From Candidatus Edwardsbacteria bacterium (lineage in GTDB: Bacteria > Edwardsbacteria > AC1 > EtOH8): a DNA stretch of 64,000 bases. A program made the position numbers and the translations under genes. Of this stretch, positions 53,745 to 63,227 are shown piece by piece. Where the stretch lies: contig JAGVNJ010000074.1 in assembly GCA_020053305.1 (NCBI GenBank), positions 7,348 to 71,347 of the forward strand, written 5' to 3'. The first letter of the stretch is position 1. Each line of letters begins with the position of its first letter. Below the pieces are notes generated by a model. That model was not told the origin of the DNA and ran no database searches. It saw nothing but the letters and a program-made list of their open reading frames with translations.

Positions 53745-54266
53745 TTGACCTCACCCCTGCCCCTCTCCAAAGGCATTTGGAGAGGGAGGTTGTAATGAGT
53801 AAAAGCATTTATGGCAAGTACAAAGAATTTTGGTGTCAGCACCGGCCGCCGGATCAAGAACGAAAAACTAGAAATGGCCAAACAAATGCGGCGGGAGATG
53901 ACCTATGCCGAGCGGTGTTTTTGGAACGGGGTCAGGGGCCGCAAACTGCATGGCTTGAAGTTCCGCCGCCAGCAGATCATAGACGGGTTTATAGCTGATT
54001 TCTATTGTAATGAGTTAAGGCTGATTGTTGAGATAGACGGCGGTGTTCATGAGACCCAGAAGGATTACGATAAACTGCGCGACAGGATAATCAGCCGGAA
54101 TGAAATTAAAGTGATCCGGTTTTCCAACGAGTTAGTCGTAGACCAGTTTGATACTGTGGCCAGACGTATTGGTGAACTACGTCCTCCCTCGCCAGGTTTA
54201 CCTGGAGAGAGCCTGCACCGAGATGGCCACAATAAATGACAAACGAAAGTGGGCAGGGGTGAGGTC
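53745..54266. mobile_element. DUF559 endonuclease module bounded by 16-bp inverted repeats and hairpins
   Basis: TTGACCTCACCCCTGCCC (53745-53762) and its reverse complement GGGCAGGGGTGAGGTC (54251-54266). Internal hairpins CCCCTCTCCAAAggcaTTTGGAGAGGG and CCTCCCTCgCCAGGtttaCCTGGAGAGAG sit at the two ends of the gene. Confidence 0.55.
53874..54239 (+). CDS. DUF559 (Vsr/PD-(D/E)xK-like) endonuclease domain protein
   Basis: ..AKQMRREMTYAERCFWNGVRGRKLHGLKFRRQQIIDGFIADFYCNELRLIVEIDGGVHE.. is canonical DUF559. The start is set at the internal ATG 53874; the ORF-track start is 53811. The C-terminal tail PPSPGLPGESLHRDGHNK is encoded by hairpin DNA. Confidence 0.75.
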   Translation: MAKQMRREMTYAERCFWNGVRGRKLHGLKFRRQQIIDGFIADFYCNELRLIVEIDGGVHETQKDYDKLRDRIISRNEIKVIRFSNELVVDQFDTVARRIGELRPPSPGLPGESLHRDGHNK

Positions 54267-54947
54267 GAAACCATGAGCTTAAAAACCAATTACATAGGCC
54301 ACGACTCCCAGTACAAACGTTTCAAGGCCGAGGGAATGAACGGCTGGAACGACGAGGAGACCTGGCAGGCGTGGAAGACGGAAATACTTGCACTGATCGC
54401 TTCGGATGGTTTCCCGAAGTCTGGCAAAGTACTGGAGTTGGGATGCGGGGCCGGAGATGTGGCCCTGTTGTTTGCGGAAAAGGGATATCAGGTCTCGGGC
54501 ATTGACATCGCTCCAACTGCCATCGAGTGGGCCAGGGAGAAAGCTATCAGGGCAGGCCTGAGAGCGGAGTTTGAAGTTGGTGACGTTACGAATTTGGGAA
54601 GATGGGAAAACGGGACGTTTGATATTGTGGTCGACGGGCATTGTCTGCATTGCATAATCGGGAAGGACAGGTCCGAGGTCCTGAAAGAAACATACCGGGT
54701 ATTGAAACCGGGCGGGATATTCTATGTAAGCACCATGTGCGGGGAGCCCAAGGAACCGGAAGTGTTGAAGAATTATGATCCAGAATCACGTTGCATGGTA
54801 TATAGTGGTGTGGCCGGAAGGTATTTCGGCAGGGCGGAGGATATCATCAAAGAGATAGAGAAAGCAGGGTTCAAGATCAGACGGCACGAAGTACGGGGAA
54901 ATAACGATACGCAGGACGATTTGATCGTGCTTGCGATAAAACAATAA
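54249..54947 (+). CDS. class I SAM-dependent methyltransferase
   Basis: Motif I VLELGCGAGDVA, motif II DIVVD, and a post-I acidic residue (GIDIA). Confidence 0.75.
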   Translation: MGRGEVETMSLKTNYIGHDSQYKRFKAEGMNGWNDEETWQAWKTEILALIASDGFPKSGKVLELGCGAGDVALLFAEKGYQVSGIDIAPTAIEWAREKAIRAGLRAEFEVGDVTNLGRWENGTFDIVVDGHCLHCIIGKDRSEVLKETYRVLKPGGIFYVSTMCGEPKEPEVLKNYDPESRCMVYSGVAGRYFGRAEDIIKEIEKAGFKIRRHEVRGNNDTQDDLIVLAIKQ

Positions 54948-54976
54948 TTCTTAAGTCATTTTTGGGGAGATAAAAA

Positions 54977-56290
54977 TTGACCCAAAAGAACATTAAATGG
55001 ATTTCTGAAGAAATGCCATTGTTGGTCGAAAAGGGCATAGTATCCGACCAGCAATCAAAGGCGATACTGGAACACTTCGCCCAACAGAACATTAAAAAAC
55101 CCAACACCGCAATTGTGGCCTTCAGCATAATCGGTTCAACTTTGCTGGCAGCAGGCATAATTCTAATATTAGCGCATAACTGGTCTAATTTATCTCGGGC
55201 AATCAGGATATGTATTTCTTATCTTCCATTAGTTGTTTCACAAATAATTGGCTTTTGGGTAATCATCAAAAAGAGGGATTCAATCGCCTGGACAGAGGGA
55301 ATTGCTGCCTTTGGATTTTTATCTATTGGCGCGACATTATCCCTTGTAAGCCAAACCTATCATATCCAAGGTGATTTCAGATCCTTTATATTTAATTGGA
55401 TGTTACTTGGCTTTCCACTGGTATATTTATACCGGTCAACTACAGCAGCTGTTTTCTACATAGTGAGCCTAACTGCCTGGGCAATAGCAGAGAAAGTTGC
55501 ACTCCATGGTTCATTAGGGTACTGGCCTTTGATCGCGTTGATAGTACCATACTATATAATGAGATTTAATAATGATATTCACAGTAAGATTGTAACAATA
55601 ATTGGTTGGTTCCTTTCTATAAGTTTAATATTCGGCGTATTTTGGGCAATTAACGATATAACTGAGGGTTTTAAAGTAATTTCACTAATAGCGCTGTTTC
55701 TGGGTTTTCTTTCAATCGGGCTGTTGTATTTTAAAGACGAAGAATCGTTTTGGATGGTACCTTTTTCAAGGGTTGGATTACTTGGTTTGTCGGTAGTTTA
55801 TGTGGTCTTGTCATATAGAGATGTCTGGAAGCACCTATCTTTTACGCAAAGACCTGAAGTAATGAATGCTGTTGGATTATTGAAAACAGGAAATATAACA
55901 ATCTCGATATTATTGCCGATCTTATCAATAATTCTAATTTACAAATCAGTTAAAATAAAGAAATGGCCCATTCTATTGTACTCTATTGGCTTGCCAGTTG
56001 CCTTAATTGGTTTTACCTTATCAGACAATGATTTGGGCAGAGTTATAATTACATCAGGATTCAATTTGTATGTATTGCTTTGCGGTCTTTTGTATTTGAT
56101 TCGAGGCATAAAATACAATTCAGGAAAATCAATGAATTATGGCTTTGTAATGATTGCAGCAATTGTAATACTCAGATTTTTTGATGCGGATCTAACTTTC
56201 ATTGCACGGGGTTTAGTATTTATTGTACTAGGCATAAGTTTTCTTGGGGCAAATATCTACCTGGCCAAGAGAAAGGCGAGAATAAAATGA
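54977..56290 (+). CDS. polytopic membrane protein (DUF2157-like, possibly fused to DUF4401-like)
   Basis: Soluble N-terminal helix pair (..LLVEKGIVSDQQSKAILEHF) followed by about 11 TM segments; AT-rich. Confidence 0.45.
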   Translation: MTQKNIKWISEEMPLLVEKGIVSDQQSKAILEHFAQQNIKKPNTAIVAFSIIGSTLLAAGIILILAHNWSNLSRAIRICISYLPLVVSQIIGFWVIIKKRDSIAWTEGIAAFGFLSIGATLSLVSQTYHIQGDFRSFIFNWMLLGFPLVYLYRSTTAAVFYIVSLTAWAIAEKVALHGSLGYWPLIALIVPYYIMRFNNDIHSKIVTIIGWFLSISLIFGVFWAINDITEGFKVISLIALFLGFLSIGLLYFKDEESFWMVPFSRVGLLGLSVVYVVLSYRDVWKHLSFTQRPEVMNAVGLLKTGNITISILLPILSIILIYKSVKIKKWPILLYSIGLPVALIGFTLSDNDLGRVIITSGFNLYVLLCGLLYLIRGIKYNSGKSMNYGFVMIAAIVILRFFDADLTFIARGLVFIVLGISFLGANIYLAKRKARIK

Positions 56291-56838
56291 AAAACAAAAT
56301 TTTTGTTGTTATTTTGACGATAGTGTCCATTGCGCAGCTATACATTCCCGCAACAATAATATTTAAAAGCGAGGCCATCCTTAAAAAAGGATCAAAATAT
56401 CTTTTCAAGACCGCTCCGATAGATCCAACGGATGCATTCCGAGGCAAGTATGTCCAGCTTGCATTTGAAGCAGACAGTCTGATTGTTGAAGATTGGAGGA
56501 AAAATAATTATAATCGTATTCAATATTTAAACATTGTTAAAGATGACTTAGGATATGTCAAACTGACAGGGTTAGCAGAAAAAATACCAAGCGCCGGCGA
56601 CTACATTAAAGTGAAAATCCGTTATATTGCTAATAGTGTAGCTTACTTCAATTATCCATTTGATAGATTTTACCTGGAAGAAGGAATGGCTGAAAAAGCG
56701 GAAGAATTATACAGGAAGGACAACATCAGTGGTAAGCAAGATAGTTACGCAGTAGTGAGAGTCCAGTCAGGTTCTGCACTGATCGAAGATCTTTGGATAG
56801 GCGGGAAACCAATCAAGGAATCGTTAAAAGAGAAATAA
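56287..56838 (+). CDS. GDYXXLXY-like domain protein, secreted/membrane-anchored
   Basis: N-terminal TM or signal segment, and GDYIKVKIRY near the centre. It overlaps the upstream membrane protein by 4 nt; this pairing is known for DUF2157/GDYXXLXY. Confidence 0.4.
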   Translation: MKNKIFVVILTIVSIAQLYIPATIIFKSEAILKKGSKYLFKTAPIDPTDAFRGKYVQLAFEADSLIVEDWRKNNYNRIQYLNIVKDDLGYVKLTGLAEKIPSAGDYIKVKIRYIANSVAYFNYPFDRFYLEEGMAEKAEELYRKDNISGKQDSYAVVRVQSGSALIEDLWIGGKPIKESLKEK

Positions 56839-56842
56839 AGCC

Positions 56843-57868
56843 ATGCGTTACAAAGATGCGGGCGTCAACATTGACGCCGGGACCGAATCGGTCCAAAGAA
56901 TAAAAAAACTGGTCCGCTCCACCTTCACCAAGAATGTGCTGACCGACATCGGCGGGTTTGGGGCCCTGTTCGACGGCTCGCTGAAGGGCTACCGGGAGCC
57001 GGTGCTGGTCTCCTCCTGTGACGGGGTGGGCACCAAACTCAAAGTGGCCCTGATGGCCAACAAGCACGACACGGTGGGGCAGGACCTGGTCAACCACTGC
57101 GTCAACGATATATTGGTGCAGGGGGCCAGGCCGCTGTTCTTCCTGGACTACGCCGCCTTCGGCCGGCTGGACCCCAGGATCCTGGAGCAGGTGGTAAAGG
57201 GTTTTGCCAAGGCCTGCCAGGAGAACGGCTGTTCGCTGATCGGCGGGGAGACCGCCGAGATGCCCGGCATGTATGCCATCGGGGATTACGACCTGGCGGG
57301 GTTCATCGTGGGGGTGGTGGAGAAGAAGACGCTGATCACCGGGAGGAGCATCAAACCCGGCGACGTGGTGGTCGGACTGTCCACCAACGGTCTGCAGACC
57401 AACGGCTATTCGCTGGCCCGCAAGGTCCTTTTTGAAAAATGCAGATACCAGACCAACACTTATCTTCCGGAAATAAAATCCACCGTGGGAGAGGCCTTGC
57501 TCAAGGTTCATCCGTCCTTCCTGGGGCCTGTCTCTCCGCTGTTGGACAAGGACCTGATCAAGGGCATGTCCCATATCACCGGCGGGGGATTTTTGGACAA
57601 CATCCCCCGGGTTCTGCCGGAGAAATGCGGAGTGGAGATATCCCTCGGCTCCTGGCCGGCCCTGCCGATATTCGAGCTTCTCCAGAAAAAGGGGAGAGTC
57701 CCGCAGGATGACATGTACCGGACGTTCAACATGGGGATCGGGTTTATTTTGATAGTGGCCGAGCGGGATGCCAACGAAACGTTAAAAATGTTGAAAAGGT
57801 TTAAAATGTTCAAGCCGTATGTGATCGGCCGGGTGGTAAAGGGAAACAAGAAAGTGAAGTTGGTGTAG
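56843..57868 (+). CDS. purM: phosphoribosylformylglycinamidine cyclo-ligase (AIR synthetase)
   Basis: MRYKDAGVNIDAG..., DIGGFGALF and SSCDGVGTKL. Confidence 0.9.
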   Translation: MRYKDAGVNIDAGTESVQRIKKLVRSTFTKNVLTDIGGFGALFDGSLKGYREPVLVSSCDGVGTKLKVALMANKHDTVGQDLVNHCVNDILVQGARPLFFLDYAAFGRLDPRILEQVVKGFAKACQENGCSLIGGETAEMPGMYAIGDYDLAGFIVGVVEKKTLITGRSIKPGDVVVGLSTNGLQTNGYSLARKVLFEKCRYQTNTYLPEIKSTVGEALLKVHPSFLGPVSPLLDKDLIKGMSHITGGGFLDNIPRVLPEKCGVEISLGSWPALPIFELLQKKGRVPQDDMYRTFNMGIGFILIVAERDANETLKMLKRFKMFKPYVIGRVVKGNKKVKLV

Positions 57869-57941
57869 CCCTAATTCGTTTACAGTATTCAAGGCAAAAA
57901 CAATATCCGCTATCTGCAAAATTAGATGAAAGGGATAATAC

Positions 57942-58565
57942 GTGAAGCATTGGCAGTTTGCTTTAATAAGCAGCATAGTAGGTATGCTTATAGTGTATTT
58001 TATAATGCCATACGTTGACAAAATAACCCAGAATCTAATGAAGATGATAATTAATAATGTTAAACCTATACGCATCCAATTTTTTGGGAATTTAAGAAAA
58101 AAGAAATTATTCAAGCCAAATATATTTATTATTGAATTGTTTGTTTTTATTTGTATATTTATAAGCATATTTTCATATATGAATCTGAAGGAACTTAAAA
58201 CACGTACACAATTGGCACAAAGCAAGTATAACAGCAGCGATTCAATTGGGGTCTTTCTAAACAAATCATTGCCCAGTATGATGGATAGCTTATATGGAAC
58301 AGCCACAAAGATTTTGGCTATAAATATTGTTCTGTTACTATTATTCATCTATCAAAGAGCCGTGGCGTTATTGCTTCTAACAATGCTAAACAACTTTAAA
58401 AATAAAAAACTAGAGTTACTTAAAACCGCTATTAGCGAAAAAGATTTCGTTGTGTTTGATTTTAAGTGGGGGTCAATTAATAGTTTCGACGACTATAATA
58501 ATTTATGCGGAGAATTAGATATTTATATAAGTAAATTTCCAAATAATGAAACGCCCAGTGTTTAA
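57942..58565 (+). CDS. hypothetical membrane protein (AT-rich island)
   Basis: Long ORF with about three TM helices. GC is far below neighbours and there are no recognisable motifs. Confidence 0.35.
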   Translation: MKHWQFALISSIVGMLIVYFIMPYVDKITQNLMKMIINNVKPIRIQFFGNLRKKKLFKPNIFIIELFVFICIFISIFSYMNLKELKTRTQLAQSKYNSSDSIGVFLNKSLPSMMDSLYGTATKILAINIVLLLLFIYQRAVALLLLTMLNNFKNKKLELLKTAISEKDFVVFDFKWGSINSFDDYNNLCGELDIYISKFPNNETPSV

Positions 58566-58571
58566 TATTTA

Positions 58572-59450
58572 ATGCCCATGAAAATCCTCGTCAACGAAAA
58601 AGCCCAGGAAATAGCAACCGGTTCGCTGGTGTCCGATGCCGCCCGGCTTTACAAGGACAACGCCGATATCTTTATCCGCAACGGATTTCCTTGCGGCCAG
58701 GACATCAAACTGGAGGACGGCGACCGGTTGGTGCTGATCAAAAAGGGCGAGATGCCCAAGCGTGAGGAGCTGGAGCATCTCTTAATGGCCCGGCATACTC
58801 CCGGCGTCCACGAGCGGTTGAAGAACGCCACAGTGGGCATCGCTGGGTGCGGCGGGCTGGGATCCACCGCCGCTGTGGCCCTGGCCCGGGCGGGGATCGG
58901 CAAACTGATCATTGCCGATCATGATGTGGTGGAGCCGTCCAACCTAAACCGCCAGCAGTATTTTGTGGAGCACATCGGGAAACCCAAGGTGGAGGCTCTC
59001 AAGGAGATCATCCAAAAGGCCAATCCCTTCGCCGTGGTGGAGTGCCATCAGGTGAAAATAACCACGGCCAATGTGGCCGAGCTTTTCAGTACGGCAGGCG
59101 TTATCGTGGAGGCCTTCGACCTGGCCGACCAGAAGCTGATGCTGGCCGAGGCGGTCCAGAAACAAATGCCGAACAAACCGCTGGTGATCGGCAACGGCAT
59201 GGCCGGCTGGGGCGACAACAATCTTTTGAAGACCAGAAAAGCGGGAAATATCCACATCTGCGGGGACGAGATCAGCGAGGCCGGGCCGGGCATGGGCCTG
59301 ATGGCTCCCCGGGTGGGCATTGCCGCCTGCATGGAGGCCAACCAGGTGCTGGAGATACTGCTGGGGCCCGATCCCCGGATCCAAAGCTTCATAGAACAGG
59401 ATAAGCAGAATATTTTGAATATAAAAAAAGCCAAAGGTGAGAGATGCTGA
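58572..59450 (+). CDS. ThiF/MoeB-family E1-like adenylyltransferase with N-terminal ThiS/MoaD-like beta-grasp domain
   Basis: Rossmann motif GIAGCGGLGS, and ..DHDVVEPSNLNRQ. The first 60 aa or so (KILVNEKAQEI..LEDGDRLVLIKKG) resemble ThiS but lack the terminal GG. Confidence 0.8.
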   Translation: MPMKILVNEKAQEIATGSLVSDAARLYKDNADIFIRNGFPCGQDIKLEDGDRLVLIKKGEMPKREELEHLLMARHTPGVHERLKNATVGIAGCGGLGSTAAVALARAGIGKLIIADHDVVEPSNLNRQQYFVEHIGKPKVEALKEIIQKANPFAVVECHQVKITTANVAELFSTAGVIVEAFDLADQKLMLAEAVQKQMPNKPLVIGNGMAGWGDNNLLKTRKAGNIHICGDEISEAGPGMGLMAPRVGIAACMEANQVLEILLGPDPRIQSFIEQDKQNILNIKKAKGERC

Positions 59451-59641
59451 AGGTCAACGGGCAGGACCATCCCTGGCACCCTGGGCTGACCGTGGCCCGG
59501 CTGTTAAAGGAGAAGAATTACATATTCCACGCCATCATCGTCAGGGTCAACGATAAATATGTTCCCAGCGAGGAATACGACAAGACCGCCATCAACGACG
59601 GCGACGACATCCAGGCCATACATCTGATAACCGGCGGCTGA
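59444..59641 (+). CDS. ThiS/MoaD-family sulfur-carrier protein (ends -GG)
   Basis: 65 aa, MLKVNGQD...INDGDDIQAIHLITGG. It overlaps the E1-like gene by 7 nt. Confidence 0.7.
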   Translation: MLKVNGQDHPWHPGLTVARLLKEKNYIFHAIIVRVNDKYVPSEEYDKTAINDGDDIQAIHLITGG

Positions 59642-59648
59642 TCGCATC

Positions 59649-60812
59649 ATGCGCTCTTGGATGATCTTCATATTCATTTCCCTGGCCATACTGATATACG
59701 CCCTGGTCAATTTCTATATTTTCACCAAGGGATGGCAGTCATTGGATGGCGTCCGGCGGGAATGGCGGCTGGCCTACGCGATCGTCTTCATCACCTTGGC
59801 TTTGTCATTGATCGCCGGACGGTTTTTGGAGCGGGCCGGCAGTAATGCCTTCAATGATGTCCTGATCTGGATCGGCTCGTTCTGGCTGGCGGTGATGCTG
59901 TATGGGTTCCTGGCCTCGGCGTTGTCCGATGTCCTGGTTTTGGCGGCAAACCTGTTTAAGGTTAAGACACTCCAGTTTCTGCTGACCGGTACCGCCGGAA
60001 AATTGTGGACATTCATTGCTGTAGCCGGGCTGATATTGGTCATAACCGTTGCCGGATTTTTCAACGCCTGCAATGTCCGGGTCAAAAAGCTGAAACTGGA
60101 CATACCTAAAAGTGCCGGACAGTTCAAACAGCTGAACATCACCATGGCCTCGGACATCCACCTGGGCACCATCATCGGCAACGGGCGGCTGGGAAGGCTG
60201 GTGGACAAGATCAACGCCACCGATCCGGACCTGGTCATTTTAGCCGGGGATATCGTGGACGAGGACATCGGTCCGGTGATCCGCCGGGACATGGGAAAGA
60301 AGCTCAAGGAAATAAAAGCCCGCTACGGGGTGATCGGCATCACCGGCAACCACGAGTATATCGGCGGGGTGAAAAAGGCGGGGGAATATCTGGAGGCCCA
60401 CGGCATCAAAATGCTGCTGGACGACAAGGTGCAGATCGCCGATGCCCTGTGGATCGTGGGTCGCAAGGACCGCAGCGGCGCCCGGTTCGACGGAAGCCCC
60501 AGAAAACCGCTCAAGGATATTCTCTCCGGCAGCGATCAAAAATTGCCGGTGATCCTGCTGGACCATCAGCCGTTCGAACTGCAGGATGCCTCAGCCAACG
60601 GAATCGACCTTCAGCTGTCGGGCCACACCCATCACGGCCAGCTGTGGCCGTTGAATTTCATCACCAACCGGGTCTATGAAAAGAGCTGGGGATATCTAAA
60701 GAAAGCAAACACCCATTATTACATCTCCAGCGGGGTCGGCACCTGGGGTCCGCCGGTGCGGACCGGGAACCACCCGGAGATCATCAGCATTAAAATAAAT
60801 TTCACCAAATAA
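59649..60812 (+). CDS. membrane-anchored calcineurin-like metallophosphoesterase
   Basis: About five N-terminal TM helices, then MASDIHLG, LAGDIVDE, GNHEY and SGHTHHGQ motifs. Confidence 0.8.
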   Translation: MRSWMIFIFISLAILIYALVNFYIFTKGWQSLDGVRREWRLAYAIVFITLALSLIAGRFLERAGSNAFNDVLIWIGSFWLAVMLYGFLASALSDVLVLAANLFKVKTLQFLLTGTAGKLWTFIAVAGLILVITVAGFFNACNVRVKKLKLDIPKSAGQFKQLNITMASDIHLGTIIGNGRLGRLVDKINATDPDLVILAGDIVDEDIGPVIRRDMGKKLKEIKARYGVIGITGNHEYIGGVKKAGEYLEAHGIKMLLDDKVQIADALWIVGRKDRSGARFDGSPRKPLKDILSGSDQKLPVILLDHQPFELQDASANGIDLQLSGHTHHGQLWPLNFITNRVYEKSWGYLKKANTHYYISSGVGTWGPPVRTGNHPEIISIKINFTK

Positions 60813-60835
60813 TAAATCGGGGATTTTTCAGACAG

Positions 60836-61810
60836 ATGTTATCAGACCAATTCGGCAGAAAAGTGAACTACCTCCGGGTGTCGGTCACCGACCGCTGTAA
60901 CCTGCGTTGCCGCTACTGCATCCCGGCGGAAGGAGTGTCATTAAAGAAGCACGAAGACCTGCTGAGCTTCGAGGAGATAGAGACCATCGTCCGGGCGGGG
61001 GTGGGACTGGGCATCAACAAGGTCAGGCTGACCGGTGGCGAGCCTCTGTTGCGCAAGGGTTTTTCGGAGCTGGTGAAAAAACTGGCGGCCATCGAGGGTC
61101 TCGAGGACCTGGCCCTGACCACCAACGGCATTTTACTTGGAGCCATGGCCTGGGAACTGAAGAAGACCGGCATCAAGAGGGTCAACGTCAGCCTGGACAC
61201 CTTAAGGCCCGAACGTTTCAATCGGATGACCGGCAGCGACCAGTGGCAGCAGGCCAAGGAGGGGTTCGAGACGGTCCTGGCGGCAGGGTTCGAACAGGTC
61301 AAGCTGAATGTGGTGGTCATCGCCGGCTACAACGACGACGAGATCGATGATTTCGTGGAATATATCATGGTTAAAAAGGCACAACTCAGGTTCATAGAAT
61401 TCATGCCGGTGGGAAACCATCACTGGAAAAATGAAATGGTGCTGCCCTCCAAGGGGATCATCGAAAGGATCAACCAGAAGCACCATATCGTATCATTGCC
61501 GCCTCTGAAAAATTCGATCGTCGAGGAATATCAGATAGTAGGCAGCCCGGCCACGGTGGGATTCATTTCCCCCATGTCTCATTCCTTCTGCCACGGCTGC
61601 AATCGCCTGCGTTTGACCGCGGACGGCTTCCTGAAACCCTGCCTGGCCTCCAAATATGAGGTCAATATCAAGGTCCCGGTAAGGGCCGGGCACGCCGGAA
61701 ACGAACTGCGGCGGGTGTTCTACGAGGCCATGAGATTGAAGCCCAAGGCCCACAAGATGGACCAGGGGTTCTCGGACAATACCCGCCATATGGCCGAGGT
61801 GGGAGGGTGA
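60836..61810 (+). CDS. moaA: GTP 3',8-cyclase (molybdenum cofactor biosynthesis protein A)
   Basis: Radical-SAM CNLRCRYC cluster, a second C-terminal Cys cluster ([18 protein letters not shown]) and GGEPLL. Confidence 0.9.
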   Translation: MLSDQFGRKVNYLRVSVTDRCNLRCRYCIPAEGVSLKKHEDLLSFEEIETIVRAGVGLGINKVRLTGGEPLLRKGFSELVKKLAAIEGLEDLALTTNGILLGAMAWELKKTGIKRVNVSLDTLRPERFNRMTGSDQWQQAKEGFETVLAAGFEQVKLNVVVIAGYNDDEIDDFVEYIMVKKAQLRFIEFMPVGNHHWKNEMVLPSKGIIERINQKHHIVSLPPLKNSIVEEYQIVGSPATVGFISPMSHSFCHGCNRLRLTADGFLKPCLASKYEVNIKVPVRAGHAGNELRRVFYEAMRLKPKAHKMDQGFSDNTRHMAEVGG

Positions 61811-62322
61811 TTTTGAAAAGCAAAAATAAAAAATTAAATATTAAAAACAAACGGAGCTTGTCGCATATCGACAAAAAAGGCCAGGCCAAGATGGTGGATG
61901 TCACCAAAAAAGTTAAGACCCAGCGGACGGCCGTGGCCTCCGGCCGGGTGAAGATGAAGCCGGCCACATTGGACCTGATCGCAAAAAACAAATTGACCAA
62001 GGGCGATGTGCTGGGCGTGGCCCGGATCGCCGGCATTCAGGCGGCCAAGAGGACCCATGAGCTGATCCCGCTCTGCCACCCGCTGGCTTTGACCCAGGTG
62101 GACGTGGAATGCAAATTGGACAGGAAAAGGTCAATAGTCGAAGTGACCAGCACCGTGCGCTGCGCCGACCGCACCGGGGTGGAGATGGAGGCCCTGACCG
62201 CGGCGGCGGTGGCCTGCCTGACCATCTACGACATGGCCAAGGCGGCGGACAAGGGGATGGTGATCTCGGAGATCAAACTGCTGGTGAAACGGGGAGGGAA
62301 GAGTGGGGATTGGAAGATATGA
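61807..62322 (+). CDS. moaC: cyclic pyranopterin monophosphate synthase
   Basis: [21 protein letters not shown] and IPLCHP..L motifs. Confidence 0.9.
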   Translation: MILKSKNKKLNIKNKRSLSHIDKKGQAKMVDVTKKVKTQRTAVASGRVKMKPATLDLIAKNKLTKGDVLGVARIAGIQAAKRTHELIPLCHPLALTQVDVECKLDRKRSIVEVTSTVRCADRTGVEMEALTAAAVACLTIYDMAKAADKGMVISEIKLLVKRGGKSGDWKI

Positions 62323-62326
62323 AAGT

Positions 62327-62786
62327 CCCCTCTGGGCAAGAGGGGATTTAGGGGTGTGTTCATGAAAATCTACTACAATGCCAAACTAAAAGAGAAAGCC
62401 CGCCAGCTGCGGAATAACAGCACTAAAGCAGAGATCCGGCTTTGGCAGCATCTCAGAGGCAAAAAGGTAATGGGCTATGATTTTCACCGGCAAAAGCCGA
62501 TAGGCAATTATATTGCCGATTTTTTCTGTCCCAAATTGAATTTAGCAATAGAGGTTGACGGATACACCCATAGTTTTGAAGAGGTCGTTAAGAAGGATCA
62601 TAAAAAACAGGGCTATCTTGAGGATCTGGGTCTAACAGTTATGCGTTTTAAGGATGAAGAGGTTTTTTATGATATCGATTCGGTGTTGAATGGGATCAAG
62701 CAGTACATAATTGGACACACCCCTCGTTCCCCTCTTTGTAGAGGGGAGGAACACACCCCTAACCCCTCTTATTAGAGGGGAATAGA
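62327..62786. mobile_element. DUF559 endonuclease module with 11-bp inverted repeats and CCCCTCT/AGAGGGG hairpins
   Basis: Left end: CCCCTCTgggcaAGAGGGG followed by AGGGGTGTGTT (62350-62360). Right end: AACACACCCCT (62750-62760), flanked by CCCCTCTttgtAGAGGGG and CCCCTCTtattAGAGGGG. The stop codon lies inside the last hairpin. Confidence 0.55.
62356..62775 (+). CDS. DUF559 (Vsr/PD-(D/E)xK-like) endonuclease domain protein (paralog)
   Basis: ..AKLKEKARQLRNNSTKAEIRLWQHLRGKKVMGYDFHRQKPIGNYIADFFCPKLNLAIEVDGYTH..; the ATG at 62362 is the probable start. The C-terminal tail GHTPRSPLCRGEEHTPNPSY is encoded by hairpins. Confidence 0.75.
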   Translation: MFMKIYYNAKLKEKARQLRNNSTKAEIRLWQHLRGKKVMGYDFHRQKPIGNYIADFFCPKLNLAIEVDGYTHSFEEVVKKDHKKQGYLEDLGLTVMRFKDEEVFYDIDSVLNGIKQYIIGHTPRSPLCRGEEHTPNPSY

Positions 62787-62792
62787 AAGCAT

Positions 62793-63227
62793 ATGGGCAA
62801 AATAATTTCCATAAATATCAGCACCCATAAAGGGCAGAAGAAACATCAGATTGATTTCGCTGTCCTGAAAGAGAACCACGGGATAGAGGGCGATGCCCAT
62901 GCCGGGGACTGGCACCGCCAGGTGAGCCTTTTGGCACAGGAGAGCGTGGATAAGATGCGGGGCAAGGGAGTGGAACTGCATCCCGGGGATTTTGCCGAGA
63001 ACCTGACGGTGGAGAATATTGAACTAAGTAATTTGAAAATTGGACAAAGATTGAAAATCGGTTCGGAGGTAATTTTGGTGATAACCCAAATAGGCAAGGA
63101 GTGCCATAACGACTGCGCTATAAAACAGCAGGTGGGCGATTGCGTGATGCCGCGGGAGGGCGTGTTTGCCAGGGTGATAAAAGGCGGGGAGATCAAAACA
63201 GGCAACCAAATCAATTTTGAAATTTAA
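62793..63227 (+). CDS. MOSC domain protein
   Basis: ..HKGQKK....A.L...GIEGDAHAG.WHRQVSLLA.E.. beta-barrel with a conserved Cys (CHNDC). Confidence 0.75.
   Translation: MGKIISINISTHKGQKKHQIDFAVLKENHGIEGDAHAGDWHRQVSLLAQESVDKMRGKGVELHPGDFAENLTVENIELSNLKIGQRLKIGSEVILVITQIGKECHNDCAIKQQVGDCVMPREGVFARVIKGGEIKTGNQINFEI

Noticed and set aside
53777-53998. ORF-track ORF 53777-53998 (+) and the 53811 start for the DUF559 gene
   Set aside because: The canonical DUF559 N-terminus (AKQMRREMTYAERCFW) begins at the internal ATG 53874. The upstream extension is encoded by element hairpin DNA.
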